Source: Candidatus Aphodoplasma sp.
GTDB lineage: Bacteria; Bacillota; Clostridia; UBA1381; UMGS1253
Length of the DNA stretch: 64,000 nucleotides
Reading direction: 5' to 3'
Assembly (NCBI GenBank): GCA_045626925.1
Contig: JAZUQZ010000026.1
Location: 956 to 64,955, forward strand
Shown here: piece after piece, positions 29,794 through 39,884 of the stretch
Layout of the letters: the number at the start of each line of letters is the position of its first letter
How positions within the stretch are numbered: the stretch's first letter is position 1
The notes under the pieces: generated by a model
The model's input: only the letters and a program-made list of their open reading frames with translations
What the model was told of the DNA's origin: nothing
Databases searched by the model: none
Translations under genes and position numbers: made by a program

Positions 29794-32424
29794 TTATTTA
29801 AGAGCTGCGATGCTTTCGATAACTTTTTCAAGCATTTCCGCATATTTTTTGCCTTTTTCGGCTTCGGCCTCAACAACAGCAGCAGGCGCTTTGTCGGTAA
29901 AGCCTTTGTTTGAAAGCTTGCCTTCAACACGCTTTATCTCTGCTTCAAGATTTGCCTTTTCTTTTTCAAGACGGGCAAGCTCTTTTTCTTTATCCACGAG
30001 CTCGTCCATAGGAAGATATATGCTTGCTCCTTCAACAACAATACACACACTGCCGTCTGCAATGTTGCCATTGTCATCTACAATTGCTACACTCTGTGCG
30101 CTTGCAAGCTTTTCAAAGAAACCAACGCCACGCGAGAACACATCTTTAAGCTCTGTAACAATAATTACACTGCACTTCTTTGATGGCGGAACATTCATCT
30201 CACTTCTTGTGTTTCTAATGCTCTTGATAGCTTCCATAATAAGAGTCATACTCTTTTCATCATCTGCAAAGTCAAGCTTTTCGTTGTATTTTGGCCACTC
30301 ACTTACCATAATGCTTTCGCCGTCATGTGGTAAATGCTGCCATATTTCCTCGGTAATAAACGGCATAAATGGATGCAAAAGCTTCATTGTTTCTGATAAA
30401 ACATATGTCAACACATATTGTGCAGTGGTTCTTGAAGGGTTTTGTGTATCCATGAGGCGCGGCTTTACAAGTTCGATATACCAGTCACAATAATCGTCCC
30501 AGATAAAGTCATAAATTTTTGAAAGCGCAACGCCAAGCTCAAACTTGTCAAGATTTTCAGTAACCTCTTTCACAACACGGTTAAACTTGCTTATAATCCA
30601 CTTATCTTCAAGTGCAAGATCATTTGTCTGTGGGAGCTTGTTTTCGTTTATTTCAAGATTCATAAGCACAAAGCGCGACGCATTCCAAATCTTGTTTGCA
30701 AAATTTCGACTTGCCTGTACCTTTTTGTCGGAAAAACGCATATCATTACCCGGCGCATTACCGGTAATAAGAGTAAAGCGAAGTGCGTCAGCACCATATT
30801 TTTCGATAATTTCAAGCGGGTCAATACCATTTCCAAGCGATTTTGACATCTTGCGACCTTGTTCATCACGCACAAGCCCGTGTATAAATACATGCTTAAA
30901 TGGCTCGCTCTTCATATGCTCTGCACTTGAAAAAATCATTCGTGCAACCCAGAAAAATATAATGTCATAACCCGTTACAAGCACCGATGTAGGGAAGAAC
31001 TTTTCGAGTTCTTTTGTATTTTTTGGCCAGCCGAGTGTTGAAAATGGCCACAAAGCAGAGGAAAACCATGTATCAAGCACATCGGGGTCCTGCTTCATTT
31101 TTGCACCGCATTTTGGACAAACATCAACGGCAGTTTTTGATACAACAGTCTCGCCGCATGCATCACAATAGTATGCTGGGATTCTGTGTCCCCACCAAAG
31201 CTGGCGTGAAATACACCAGTCATGTACATTTTCCATCCAATTTAGATATGTCTTTGTAAATCTTTCAGGTACAAATTGTGTCTTGCCATCAGTTACAATT
31301 TTTATAGCTTCTTTTGCAAGAGGCTCCATTTTAACAAACCATTGTTTTGATGTAATCGGCTCAACCGTTGTGCCACAACGATAACATTGACCAACATTGT
31401 GCGAATGTGGCTCAACTTTTACAAGAAAACCACCCTTTTGCAAGTCGTCAACCATCTGTTTTCTTGCTTCATAACGGTCCATACCCTCATATTTTCCACC
31501 GAACGAGTTAATTGTTGCATCGTCGTTTAGCACCTTGATTTGTTCAAGATTATGACGCAAACCGACCTCGAAGTCATTAGGGTCGTGTGCAGGAGTTATT
31601 TTAACTGCACCTGTACCAAAATCCTTATCAACATATTCATCGGCAATAATCGGAATTTCGCGTCCAACCAGCGGAAGAATAAGCGTTTTGCCTATCAAAT
31701 GTGTATAACGCTCGTCATCAGGATGAACTGCAACTGCCGTATCACCAAGAAGTGTTTCCGGACGAGTTGTAGCAATCGTCAAATATTCATCAGAATCTTT
31801 TACAAAATACTTAATATGCCAGAAATTGCCTGCTTGTTCTTCGTACTCAACCTCTGCATCAGAAAGTGCCGTAGCACAGCTTGGACACCAATTTATAATT
31901 CTGCTTCCTTGATAGATAAGGCCTTTTTTATAAAGGTTTACAAACACTTCCAAAACCGCATCAGAACAACCCTCATCCATTGTAAAACGCTCGCGGTCCC
32001 AATCGCATGAGCAACCAATCTTTTTGAGCTGGCTTATAATTCTGTCGCCGTATTGCTTTTTCCAATCCCATACGCGCTCCAAAAAGGCCTCACGTCCAAG
32101 GTCATAGCGTGTTTTGCCTTCTTTTTTGCGCAAAACCTCTTCGACCTTAATCTGTGTAGCAATACCGGCATGGTCGGTACCCGGCACCCAAAGTGCCTCA
32201 AAGCCCGACATACGCTTATATCTTATCAAAATATCTTGCAATGTTTCGTCGAGAGCATGTCCCATATGAAGCTGACCGGTAACATTTGGGGGAGGAATTA
32301 CAATTGTAAATGGCTCCTTTTCACTTGTTTCATCCGCATGAAAAAATCCGTTTTTTACCCAAAAATTGTATAATCTGTCCTCAAATTCGGACGGCTCATA
32401 AGTTTTTGCAATATTATCATTCAT
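29794..32424 (-). CDS. valS: Valine--tRNA ligase
   Basis: The 876-aa protein has HIGH ([12 protein letters not shown]) and KMSKS motifs and a C-terminal coiled coil. A GGAGG RBS precedes the start. Confidence 0.97.
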   Translation of the reverse strand: MNDNIAKTYEPSEFEDRLYNFWVKNGFFHADETSEKEPFTIVIPPPNVTGQLHMGHALDETLQDILIRYKRMSGFEALWVPGTDHAGIATQIKVEEVLRKKEGKTRYDLGREAFLERVWDWKKQYGDRIISQLKKIGCSCDWDRERFTMDEGCSDAVLEVFVNLYKKGLIYQGSRIINWCPSCATALSDAEVEYEEQAGNFWHIKYFVKDSDEYLTIATTRPETLLGDTAVAVHPDDERYTHLIGKTLILPLVGREIPIIADEYVDKDFGTGAVKITPAHDPNDFEVGLRHNLEQIKVLNDDATINSFGGKYEGMDRYEARKQMVDDLQKGGFLVKVEPHSHNVGQCYRCGTTVEPITSKQWFVKMEPLAKEAIKIVTDGKTQFVPERFTKTYLNWMENVHDWCISRQLWWGHRIPAYYCDACGETVVSKTAVDVCPKCGAKMKQDPDVLDTWFSSALWPFSTLGWPKNTKELEKFFPTSVLVTGYDIIFFWVARMIFSSAEHMKSEPFKHVFIHGLVRDEQGRKMSKSLGNGIDPLEIIEKYGADALRFTLITGNAPGNDMRFSDKKVQASRNFANKIWNASRFVLMNLEINENKLPQTNDLALEDKWIISKFNRVVKEVTENLDKFELGVALSKIYDFIWDDYCDWYIELVKPRLMDTQNPSRTTAQYVLTYVLSETMKLLHPFMPFITEEIWQHLPHDGESIMVSEWPKYNEKLDFADDEKSMTLIMEAIKSIRNTRSEMNVPPSKKCSVIIVTELKDVFSRGVGFFEKLASAQSVAIVDDNGNIADGSVCIVVEGASIYLPMDELVDKEKELARLEKEKANLEAEIKRVEGKLSNKGFTDKAPAAVVEAEAEKGKKYAEMLEKVIESIAALK

Positions 32425-32444
32425 AGTATTTTAACCTCCAAAAA

Positions 32445-32648
32445 TCATAAAATATCAGGTAGTATAACAACGAGAGCAGCACAAGCGATTATTATAAATA
32501 TTATAGCTTTAAAAATTAAAAGTTGTTGCTCTGTTGGTTCGTTCTTTTTAATGGCGTAGAGAACCTTTTTTGCGAGCAAAGAGGCGACGCCACAAATGAC
32601 GACTACGATGAGTGTAATTATTTTAATAAGCAAAATATTTCGCTCCAA
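32445..32648 (-). CDS. Small two-TM membrane protein (about 62-67 aa), hypothetical
   Basis: Two hydrophobic helices are separated by KKNEPTEQQ. It ends 20 nt upstream of valS. The likely start is the TTG at 32633, which follows a GGAG RBS, rather than the TTG at 32648. Confidence 0.4.
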   Translation of the reverse strand: MERNILLIKIITLIVVVICGVASLLAKKVLYAIKKNEPTEQQLLIFKAIIFIIIACAALVVILPDIL

Positions 32649-32703
32649 TCAATAAAAAATAAAACAGTTTTTTGCAAAAAATGCATAAAAACATACATAA
32701 TAT

Positions 32704-32732
32704 AGTTTAGTGCAAAATAAAGGAAATGTCAA
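32704..32732 (-). promoter_or_regulatory. Candidate promoter for the small ORF-valS unit (TTGACA-17 nt-TAAACT)
   Basis: On the minus strand, TTGACA is the reverse complement of 32727-32732 and TAAACT of 32704-32709. Confidence 0.45.
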
Positions 32733-32834
32733 GTGGAAAATGCGTAAATCGTACACATTTATTGCTTTGACAAATCATAAAAACTATGTTACAATTAAAA
32801 GTGTATATAAATAACAATAAATGGATGTGATTTT

Positions 32835-33536
32835 TTGCTTCTTTCAATTATAAATTTATCTACAAGCTTTGTACAGATTTTGATAGAGGTTATAATACGC
32901 CTTCCTGCCGTTATGCTTGCGATATCGTTCCATGAGGCGGCACATGGTTATATAGCATATAAGTGTGGTGACCCTACGGCAAAAATAATGGGACGCGTTT
33001 CGATGAATCCTTTTGTGCACTTTGATTTAATTGGTGCGATAAGTATGTTCCTTGTCGGTTTTGGATGGGCAAAGCCTGTAGGGATAAATCCTAATAATTT
33101 TAAAAATGTTCGCAGAGACACAGCACTTGTTGCAATTGCAGGACCTGTTGCAAACTTTATTATGGCGACGCTTGCTATGATTTTAAATTATATTTTAATT
33201 ATTATATTTCGACAATATTTGGAATTTGGCGCAATAGGCAAAATCATCTCAATTGCACAAACTATGATATCATTGGTTGTACTTATGAATATAAGCCTTA
33301 TGATATTTAACCTTGTGCCGATTCCGCCACTTGATGGTTCAAAGGTGCTTTTTGCTTTTTTGCCTGCAAAATGTTATAATTTTATATTAAAATACGAGCG
33401 ATATGGATTTTTGATACTTTTTGTTGTACTGATGACGGGCATAATTGATAGACCGCTTAATATAGCGATGAGTTGGGTATTTGGAATTATAAACAATGGT
33501 GTTTACACACTATTTTCCGCTATTGGACTTATTTAA
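32835..33536 (+). CDS. Site-2 protease family (M50) membrane metalloprotease, minimal type
   Basis: The HExxH motif (FHEAAHG) and the NLVPIPPLDGSK motif are present. It is multi-TM with no PDZ or CBS domain. The start is TTG. Confidence 0.8.
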   Translation: MLLSIINLSTSFVQILIEVIIRLPAVMLAISFHEAAHGYIAYKCGDPTAKIMGRVSMNPFVHFDLIGAISMFLVGFGWAKPVGINPNNFKNVRRDTALVAIAGPVANFIMATLAMILNYILIIIFRQYLEFGAIGKIISIAQTMISLVVLMNISLMIFNLVPIPPLDGSKVLFAFLPAKCYNFILKYERYGFLILFVVLMTGIIDRPLNIAMSWVFGIINNGVYTLFSAIGLI

Positions 33537-33565
33537 AAAACTTCTTTTTAATAGAGAGGGTAACA

Positions 33566-34321
33566 ATGGAAAAGCTTACTTTTAAACTTGAGGTATTTGA
33601 AGGACCACTTGATTTGCTTTTGCATCTTATAAGCAAAAACAAGGTTAGCATTTATGACATACCGATTGCTACTATTACGGAGCAATATTTTGAGGCCCTT
33701 GAAATAATGCAGGAGCTTGATTTGGAGATTTCAAGTGATTTTTGCGTAATGGCGGCACAGCTTTTGTATATAAAATCGAGGATGCTTCTTCCAAAGCTTT
33801 ATGAAGAGGAAGAGGAAGACCCACGAGAAGAGCTTGCAAAGAGATTGTTGGAATATCAAAAATATAAGCAAGCATCACAAAAGCTTAAAGAACGAGAGTT
33901 TTATTATAAGTATATGTATTTTAAAGAGCCGGATGATATTGAGCCGCTTGCGCCACCGCCACCGGACAGTTATCCGATAGAGAAGCTTATGGAGGCGTTT
34001 TATGATGTGCTTGAGCGCACCAAAAGACGCGCGCCGCCGCCACAGAAAACATTTGATGGTATTATTAAAAGACGCGTTGTATCAATGCGAGATAAAGCAA
34101 CAAAAATCGTAAAAATGCTTGGAACAAAAAAACACATAACCTTTGCATCGATTTTTGATGCAGATGCGGACAAGCCCGAGCTTGTTGCTACATTTTTAGC
34201 ACTTTTGGAGCTCATAAGAATCAATAGAGTTTATGCATGTGACGAAGATGGTCAAATAGTTTTAAGCAGTACACAAAGTGGGGATAGTATAAATGGAGAA
34301 GAATTTGCAGGGGATTATTGA
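33566..34321 (+). CDS. scpA: Segregation and condensation protein A
   Basis: The sequence FEGPLDLLLHLI.KNKV.IYDIPIA.IT.QY is present. I rejected the long N-terminal extension from 33473 because it overlaps the M50 gene. Confidence 0.92.
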   Translation: MEKLTFKLEVFEGPLDLLLHLISKNKVSIYDIPIATITEQYFEALEIMQELDLEISSDFCVMAAQLLYIKSRMLLPKLYEEEEEDPREELAKRLLEYQKYKQASQKLKEREFYYKYMYFKEPDDIEPLAPPPPDSYPIEKLMEAFYDVLERTKRRAPPPQKTFDGIIKRRVVSMRDKATKIVKMLGTKKHITFASIFDADADKPELVATFLALLELIRINRVYACDEDGQIVLSSTQSGDSINGEEFAGDY

Positions 34322-34850
34322 GAGTATATTATTTGCTGCCGGCGAAGCGGTAAGGACAGACAAAATTGCACAAATTGCGGAAATATCTATCAAATGTGCA
34401 AAAGAGGAGCTTGAAAAACTTTCTACATATTACACCGAGCAAAAGCGCGGTTTTGCGCTTATTGAGCTTGATGATGGATATCAGATTTGTACAAGACCGG
34501 AGTATTATACATATGTCCAGGCGATGGTAGGCATGAAAAGGCAACAAGGTTTGTCTAATGCGGCGTTTGAGGCGCTTAGCATAATAGCCTATAACCAACC
34601 CGTTACACGCGCAACGATTGAATATGTGCGCGGAGTAAATAGTGACGGTGCAGTGCAGCGCCTTGTTGAGCGTGGACTTGTCGAGGAGCGTGGCAGACTT
34701 GATGCGCCGGGCAAGCCGATACTTTATGGTACTACACATGAGTTTTTGCGCACATTTGGCCTTCGTTCACTTGATGATTTGCCTGATGTTGACCAACCGC
34801 TCCCAATAGATGAGGACGAGGACGAAAACCAGCTCAAACTTGATATATAA
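34293..34850 (+). CDS. scpB: Segregation and condensation protein B
   Basis: The sequence IESILFAAGE...LS.AA.E.LSIIAYNQPVTRA.IE..RGV is present. The gene overlaps the end of scpA. Confidence 0.92.
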   Translation: MEKNLQGIIESILFAAGEAVRTDKIAQIAEISIKCAKEELEKLSTYYTEQKRGFALIELDDGYQICTRPEYYTYVQAMVGMKRQQGLSNAAFEALSIIAYNQPVTRATIEYVRGVNSDGAVQRLVERGLVEERGRLDAPGKPILYGTTHEFLRTFGLRSLDDLPDVDQPLPIDEDEDENQLKLDI

Positions 34851-34868
34851 CATATAGGAGATGAGCAT

Positions 34869-35474
34869 ATGTGGTGGATATTGATTTGCATAGCGTTTGT
34901 TGCAATTATGACAATCTTTATATTTAAGCGTATGCCGATTGAAATTATATATGCGGCGAGTGCTAAGCATAAAAAACAAGCTTTTAGGGTTAAGGTTTAT
35001 AACATAGATATAATCCGTGATAAATCAAAAAAAACTCATAAAAATAAAAAAAAGAATAAAGAAAAAAACAAAAAAGAATTTAGTTTTGAGCTGTTTATGG
35101 AGCGCATAAAGTGGATAAAAGATATATATAATGCCACAAAAGATAGAATAAAAGAGGTTTTTTTATATCTCGGCAAGAATGGACAGTGCAAAAATTTTAC
35201 TATTCATTTTGACATTGGTTTTAAAAACGCAGCACATACAGGTATTGCATCGGGTGCGGCATATGGTGTGGTATACGGCGGAGCAAGCCTCGTATACAAT
35301 AATATTGATATAAAAAAAGAGCAGATGGATATAGAGGTAAATCCTCGATTTGATAAAGAGTGTGCTGACCTTTATATAAAAAGCATATTTTGCATCTCGC
35401 CGGCACATATTATAAGAGTAGTTATGTTATTACTTAAAATAAACAAACAAATTAAACAAATTATAAAACAATAA
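34869..35474 (+). CDS. DUF2953 (YtfI-like) sporulation-associated membrane protein
   Basis: It has an N-terminal TM segment, a Lys-rich linker and a conserved position directly upstream of ytfJ. Confidence 0.65.
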   Translation: MWWILICIAFVAIMTIFIFKRMPIEIIYAASAKHKKQAFRVKVYNIDIIRDKSKKTHKNKKKNKEKNKKEFSFELFMERIKWIKDIYNATKDRIKEVFLYLGKNGQCKNFTIHFDIGFKNAAHTGIASGAAYGVVYGGASLVYNNIDIKKEQMDIEVNPRFDKECADLYIKSIFCISPAHIIRVVMLLLKINKQIKQIIKQ

Positions 35475-35492
35475 GAAAAGGCGGTGTTTTTT

Positions 35493-35930
35493 GTGGGAAA
35501 TCATCCAATTGATGGACTTATGTCCACAGCAATGCAAAACATTAAGGAAATGGTAGATGTTGACACAATTGTCGGCGCACCGGTAGAGACTCCTGACGGA
35601 AGTGTTATAATACCGATTTCGCGCGTAGCTTTTGGATTTGCTGCGGGTGGCAGTGAGTTTGGTAAAAAAGAAAATGAAGCGGATGCAATGTTTGGCGGTG
35701 GCAGTGGCGGCGGTGTTTCAATTTCGCCGGTTGCATTTATGGTAGTAGGCCAAGGACAAATCAAGCTTATGCCGATTGATGCAACACTTAGTCCGGTTGA
35801 TAAAATTCTTGATTTTATTCCCGGCATTATTGACAAGGTAAATGATAAAATCAATCAAAGAAAAGCCGACAAAGAAGCAAAAGCTGAGGCGAAAAAGCCT
35901 GTAGTGGTTGAAACAGTTTTTGATGACTAA
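35493..35930 (+). CDS. ytfJ: GerW/YtfJ family sporulation protein
   Basis: The sequence HPIDGLMSTAMQNIKEMVDVDTIVG.PVETPDGSVIIP.S.V.FGFAAGGSEF is present. The GTG at 35493 gives an N-terminus like B. subtilis YtfJ. The ORF track starts at 35484. Confidence 0.88.
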   Translation: MGNHPIDGLMSTAMQNIKEMVDVDTIVGAPVETPDGSVIIPISRVAFGFAAGGSEFGKKENEADAMFGGGSGGGVSISPVAFMVVGQGQIKLMPIDATLSPVDKILDFIPGIIDKVNDKINQRKADKEAKAEAKKPVVVETVFDD

Positions 35931-35940
35931 TTAAAAAATA

Positions 35941-35975
35941 TATTAAAGCGTATGCGTTTTGCATACGCTTTAATA
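35941..35975. terminator. Bidirectional terminator (ytfJ / araC-family gene)
   Basis: A perfect 15-bp stem, TATTAAAGCGTATGC-gtttt-GCATACGCTTTAATA. Confidence 0.65.
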
Positions 35976-35985
35976 TTGTATCTAT

Positions 35986-36903
35986 TTATCCTTCCATATT
36001 TATTTTTTTGACTTTTTCTTTTTTTCTATAATACAAGGGTGTCATATTTTCGTATTTTTTAAATATATCATTAAAACGCTGTTGGCTTGAAAAGCCGACC
36101 TCTTTTGATATATCATTTATTTTTTGGTCAGTATTTGACAAAAGGTCTTTTGCCGCTTCGATACGAACATTAAGAAGATATTTTTTTGGACTTATTTTAA
36201 ACTCATCTTTAAATGTATGAGCAAAATAACTCTCACTTAAAAAAACATAGCCCGCAACATCAGAAAGAGAAAGTTCTTTGTTGTAATTTGTATCAATGTA
36301 TTCTTTTGATATTTCTAAAAGCTCTTTAAGCTTTACACTTCTGCTTCTGATATTTTGTTCCCATTCTTGTTTCAAGGTGCGACTTACAAGAATAAACAAC
36401 TCCATTATCAGCAAATAGCACAAATAATCGCCCCAAATTTGTTGCTTGTCATGCTCGCGCAGTATTCGATTCATAACACTTACAATTTCATTCTTTCGAC
36501 TTAAACGAAGGTTTATAAATGGAATAGAGTCATCGTTTACAAACTCTATAAAATCTGCAATGGAAATGTCGGGATAGCTCCCGTTGTGCGTGTTTGGAAA
36601 CTTGAAGCTTAGCACCAAAAACTCGCACCCGCCACTTGAACGAACGATAAATTTATGTGGTTGATTTGGTTTTATAATAATTATATCATTAAGCCCCATA
36701 ACAACATCGCTGCCTGATACTTGAAATATAGCGTCGCCACGCTTTATATAAACCATCTCAAAATGGTCGTGATAATTCACATCCATAGACCAGTTTACAT
36801 CGTGTATTTTTTCTATTGTTTTTACAATTACAGGCAAAAACGGTTGCTTTTCAAAAAACGATTCCCATGTGCGAGGAAGTCGTGTGCCCTGATTTTTATT
36901 CAT
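35986..36903 (-). CDS. AraC-family transcriptional regulator with N-terminal cupin domain
   Basis: A C-terminal double HTH is present (SLSDVAGYVFLSESYFAHTFK...FSSQQRFNDIFKK). Confidence 0.85.
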   Translation of the reverse strand: MNKNQGTRLPRTWESFFEKQPFLPVIVKTIEKIHDVNWSMDVNYHDHFEMVYIKRGDAIFQVSGSDVVMGLNDIIIIKPNQPHKFIVRSSGGCEFLVLSFKFPNTHNGSYPDISIADFIEFVNDDSIPFINLRLSRKNEIVSVMNRILREHDKQQIWGDYLCYLLIMELFILVSRTLKQEWEQNIRSRSVKLKELLEISKEYIDTNYNKELSLSDVAGYVFLSESYFAHTFKDEFKISPKKYLLNVRIEAAKDLLSNTDQKINDISKEVGFSSQQRFNDIFKKYENMTPLYYRKKEKVKKINMEG

Positions 36904-37050
36904 AGTATATCACCTCATATCAATAATTACATTATAATTGTTATATGATATTTTTTCAACATAAAAATCAAAAAAATAACAAAAAACATTAAAAATATTC
37001 GTTGGATATAAAATTTAGGTTTATTTTTATTGTAAAATAATTCTATTTTG

Positions 37051-37078
37051 TTTACAAATTGAAATTATTTGATATAAT
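37051..37078 (+). promoter_or_regulatory. Candidate promoter of the SEDS gene (TTTACA-16 nt-TGaTATAAT)
   Basis: The -35 is at 37051-37056 and the extended -10 ends at 37078. Confidence 0.35.
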
Positions 37079-37118
37079 TAAATATAAGGCAATAGGTAGG
37101 AAGGTTGGTTTGTTTTAA

Positions 37119-38246
37119 ATGCTACAACATAAACAATTTGGTAAAAAAATAATAGATAGCATTGATGCTACATTGGTGTTATTATCTATAACTGCGGCTA
37201 TATTGGGTATTGTGGCGATTTTTTCGGCAACATACAGTATGGGTACATATAGGCTTGTAATAGTGCAGAGCGTTGCATTTGTTGTAGGCCTTGTTGCTAT
37301 GTTTGTAATAAGTCGTGTTGATTATGAACTGTGGGGCGAGGCAACAAAGCTGATATACATAGGTAATGTTGTGCTCTTATTACTTGTTCTCTTTATCGGT
37401 ATGGGACGCGATACAACGGGAACACGCGGATGGATTGACCTTGGGCCTGTAAGTATTCAGCCGTCAGAATTTGTAAAGCTTGGTTTTATATTAACTTTTG
37501 CAAAGCATTTGCAAAGGGTTAAGGACGATATAGATTATATACCGACGCTGCTTTTGCTTGCGTTTCATATGGCGGTGTTTGTTATACTTATACTTCTCCA
37601 GCCTGATGTTGGAACATCGCTTGTATTTGTTTTTATATTTTTATCTATGCTTTTTGCAGCAGGATTCAGCTATAAATATCTTGCTGTTGGGGTAGGGGCT
37701 TTTGCGGTTGCGGCACCGATTTTTTGGTATTTTAAGGACAAGTTCCTTTCGCCATATCAAATAAACAGATTTTTGGCGTTTTTTGACCCTTACAGAGACC
37801 CTACAGGTTCGGGCTATAATGTAATCCAATCCGAAATTTCGATTGGTTCGGGCCAGCTTGCAGGCAAAGGATATCTCCAGGGAATTCAAAACCAGCTCGA
37901 ATATTTACCTGCAAAGCATACGGACTTTATATTTGCAACAATAGGCGAGGAATGGGGCTTTATTGGCTCGGTTATTGTGGTGGCTTTGCTTGCTTTTGTT
38001 ATAATTCGTTGTTTGAATATTGCGCGTAATGCGTATGATGATTATGGTTATTTTATATGTGTCGGTATTGCATCGATGTTTGCTTTTCATATGATTGAAA
38101 ATATTGGGATGTGCCTACAGCTTATGCCCGTAACGGGTATACCGCTGCCATTCTTTAGCTATGGCGGTTCATCACTTATTACAAACTTTATGGCGATTGG
38201 CTTTGTAAGTAGTGTCAGCAGGAGAAGCAGGGGATTGAGTTTTTGA
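37119..38246 (+). CDS. FtsW/RodA/SpoVE (SEDS) family peptidoglycan glycosyltransferase, RodA-like
   Basis: The 10-TM protein contains SIQPSEFVKL, TDFIFATIGEEWGF and PLPFFSYGGSS. Confidence 0.85.
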   Translation: MLQHKQFGKKIIDSIDATLVLLSITAAILGIVAIFSATYSMGTYRLVIVQSVAFVVGLVAMFVISRVDYELWGEATKLIYIGNVVLLLLVLFIGMGRDTTGTRGWIDLGPVSIQPSEFVKLGFILTFAKHLQRVKDDIDYIPTLLLLAFHMAVFVILILLQPDVGTSLVFVFIFLSMLFAAGFSYKYLAVGVGAFAVAAPIFWYFKDKFLSPYQINRFLAFFDPYRDPTGSGYNVIQSEISIGSGQLAGKGYLQGIQNQLEYLPAKHTDFIFATIGEEWGFIGSVIVVALLAFVIIRCLNIARNAYDDYGYFICVGIASMFAFHMIENIGMCLQLMPVTGIPLPFFSYGGSSLITNFMAIGFVSSVSRRSRGLSF

Positions 38247-38258
38247 TGAAAATAGCAC

Positions 38259-38294
38259 AAAAAAGCCTGTAGCATTTTGCTACAGGCTTTTTTT
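38259..38294. terminator. Bidirectional terminator (SEDS gene / HAD gene)
   Basis: The stem is AAAAAAGCCTGTAGC-atttt-GCTACAGGCTTTTTTT. Confidence 0.65.
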
Positions 38295-38934
38295 ATAATA
38301 ATTCGTTAAAGCTATGTATATATATATCAGACTCTTTAATTATTGCGTCCTTGTCTTTTTTGGAGCAATTTTCGTGCACAGCAACAGTATAAAAGCCACC
38401 GGCTTTTGCACCTAAAATACCTATGTATATGTCCTCGAAAACGACACAATCCTTTGGCATAAGTCCGATTTTTTGCGCCGCAAGAATATATATATCCGGA
38501 AAGCCCTTTCCGCGCTCAACCTCAGATGCAGATGTAAAAGCATCAAACAAATCATATACTCCGTTATTTTTTAATGCAAGCTCGTATAAGTTACTGCTTG
38601 ATGCGGTCGCAACACTAAGCTTTACCCCAAGACTTTTTAGCTTTTCAAGATATTCTTTTGCACCGCTTTTAAGTCGTACCTTATTTTTATAAGCATCAAT
38701 AGCAAGCTCGTTCCATTCTTGAATCAAATCTTCGGGTTTATCTGATAAATTAAAACGCTTTATTGTGTAATCTGCAGCGGCAACAAAGCCTATCGGTGCA
38801 ATCGTTTCAAGATAGTCATCAGGTACTTTTATACCGCGTTTTCCAAGAAATGTTTTGTCAACATGCTCCCAAACCCACATCGAGTCATAGAGTGTCCCAT
38901 CCAAATCAAATATAGCACCTTTAAAATCTATCAT
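38293..38934 (-). CDS. HAD-superfamily hydrolase (beta-phosphoglucomutase / sugar-phosphatase subfamily)
   Basis: The DxD motif (AIFDLDGTLYDS), SVATAS and FEDIYIG are present. Confidence 0.85.
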   Translation of the reverse strand: MIDFKGAIFDLDGTLYDSMWVWEHVDKTFLGKRGIKVPDDYLETIAPIGFVAAADYTIKRFNLSDKPEDLIQEWNELAIDAYKNKVRLKSGAKEYLEKLKSLGVKLSVATASSSNLYELALKNNGVYDLFDAFTSASEVERGKGFPDIYILAAQKIGLMPKDCVVFEDIYIGILGAKAGGFYTVAVHENCSKKDKDAIIKESDIYIHSFNELL

Positions 38935-38960
38935 TATTATGCTCCTAAAACAAGTTATAA

Positions 38961-39803
38961 TTATACACCGGAATATGCCGAGAATCCGCCGTCAACAGGA
39001 ACAACAACACCTGTTACAAACGCTGATTGTTCATTATCAAGAAGGAATAACAATGTGCCCAACAAATCTTCCGGCACACCAAAACGCTTCATAGGTGTAG
39101 CGTTTAATATCTTGTGCGAGCGTGCTGTATAGCTGCCATCTTCATTAGTTAGAAGTGCTCTGTTTTGCTCTGTAAGGAAAAATCCTGGAGCAATTGCATT
39201 AACTCTTATACCGGTCTGTGCAAAATGCACCGCAAGCCACTGTGTAAAGTTTGATATAGCGGCTTTTGCACCACTGTAAGCAGGAATTCTTGTAAGAGGG
39301 CAGAACGCATTCATAGAAGAAACATTAAGTATAATGCCGTCTTCGTTGCGCGCCATATCCTCTGCAAAAACCTGTGTCGGCAAAAGTGTGCCAAGAAAGT
39401 TTAAATCGAATACAAAGCGTATTCCGTCACCATCAAGGTCGAAAAATGACTTTACAGATTCGTCATCAATATCGCCCGCCTCGTAAATATCTTTTGCAGT
39501 AGAGCCTTTTGGATTGTTGCCGCCTGCACCATTGATAAGAATATCAACCTTGCCAAACTTTTCGCCTACGATTTTCTTTGCTTCTACAAGAGATGCACGC
39601 TCAAGCACATTACAAGCGATTGCAATTGCACAACCGCCATCGTTGTTGATTTGGTCTGCGACTTTTTTTGCAGCTGCTTCATTTAAGTCAAGAAGAGCAA
39701 CCTTTGCACCACAAGCACCAACAGCTTTTGCAAATTCACTACACAAAACGCCGCCTGCACCGGTTATAACGCATACTTTGTTATTTAAATCAATTTTTCT
39801 CAT
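38961..39803 (-). CDS. SDR oxidoreductase, YjmF/UxuB-type (probable D-mannonate / fructuronate oxidoreductase)
   Basis: Motifs TGAGGVLC and YSGAKAA and a length of about 280 aa fit the type. It lies immediately downstream of uxuA, as in the B. subtilis yjmE-yjmF pair. Confidence 0.75.
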   Translation of the reverse strand: MRKIDLNNKVCVITGAGGVLCSEFAKAVGACGAKVALLDLNEAAAKKVADQINNDGGCAIAIACNVLERASLVEAKKIVGEKFGKVDILINGAGGNNPKGSTAKDIYEAGDIDDESVKSFFDLDGDGIRFVFDLNFLGTLLPTQVFAEDMARNEDGIILNVSSMNAFCPLTRIPAYSGAKAAISNFTQWLAVHFAQTGIRVNAIAPGFFLTEQNRALLTNEDGSYTARSHKILNATPMKRFGVPEDLLGTLLFLLDNEQSAFVTGVVVPVDGGFSAYSGV

Positions 39804-39884
39804 AATAATCTCCGTTCCGCCGTTGTGTCGGCATATTTTTGCGCATGCGCATTTTAAAGAATACGCACGCGCTTAATTTTATAA

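Noticed and set aside
29762-30493. A 243-aa Ser-rich ORF lies antisense to the 3' part of valS. Similar long antisense ORFs occur in the FAD gene (23043-23693) and in the pduL/BMC-T region (1378-1929).
   Set aside because: These are low-complexity shadow ORFs opposite strongly conserved genes. They have no start context and no recognisable domains.
32835-33536. Two M50 site-2 proteases occur in one window (32835-33536 and 51607-52491). I considered whether this is a duplicated system.
   Set aside because: Their architectures differ: one is a minimal enzyme upstream of scpAB, the other a CBS-bearing SpoIVFB-like enzyme. I see no sequence-level repeat between the loci, so they are ordinary paralogs with distinct roles.
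34990-35080. Poly-A/Lys tract (runs of 7-8 A) in the DUF2953 gene, considered as a possible slippage or phase-variation site.
   Set aside because: It encodes a Lys-rich linker in frame. Nothing in this single sequence indicates a frameshift, and such linkers are normal for this family.
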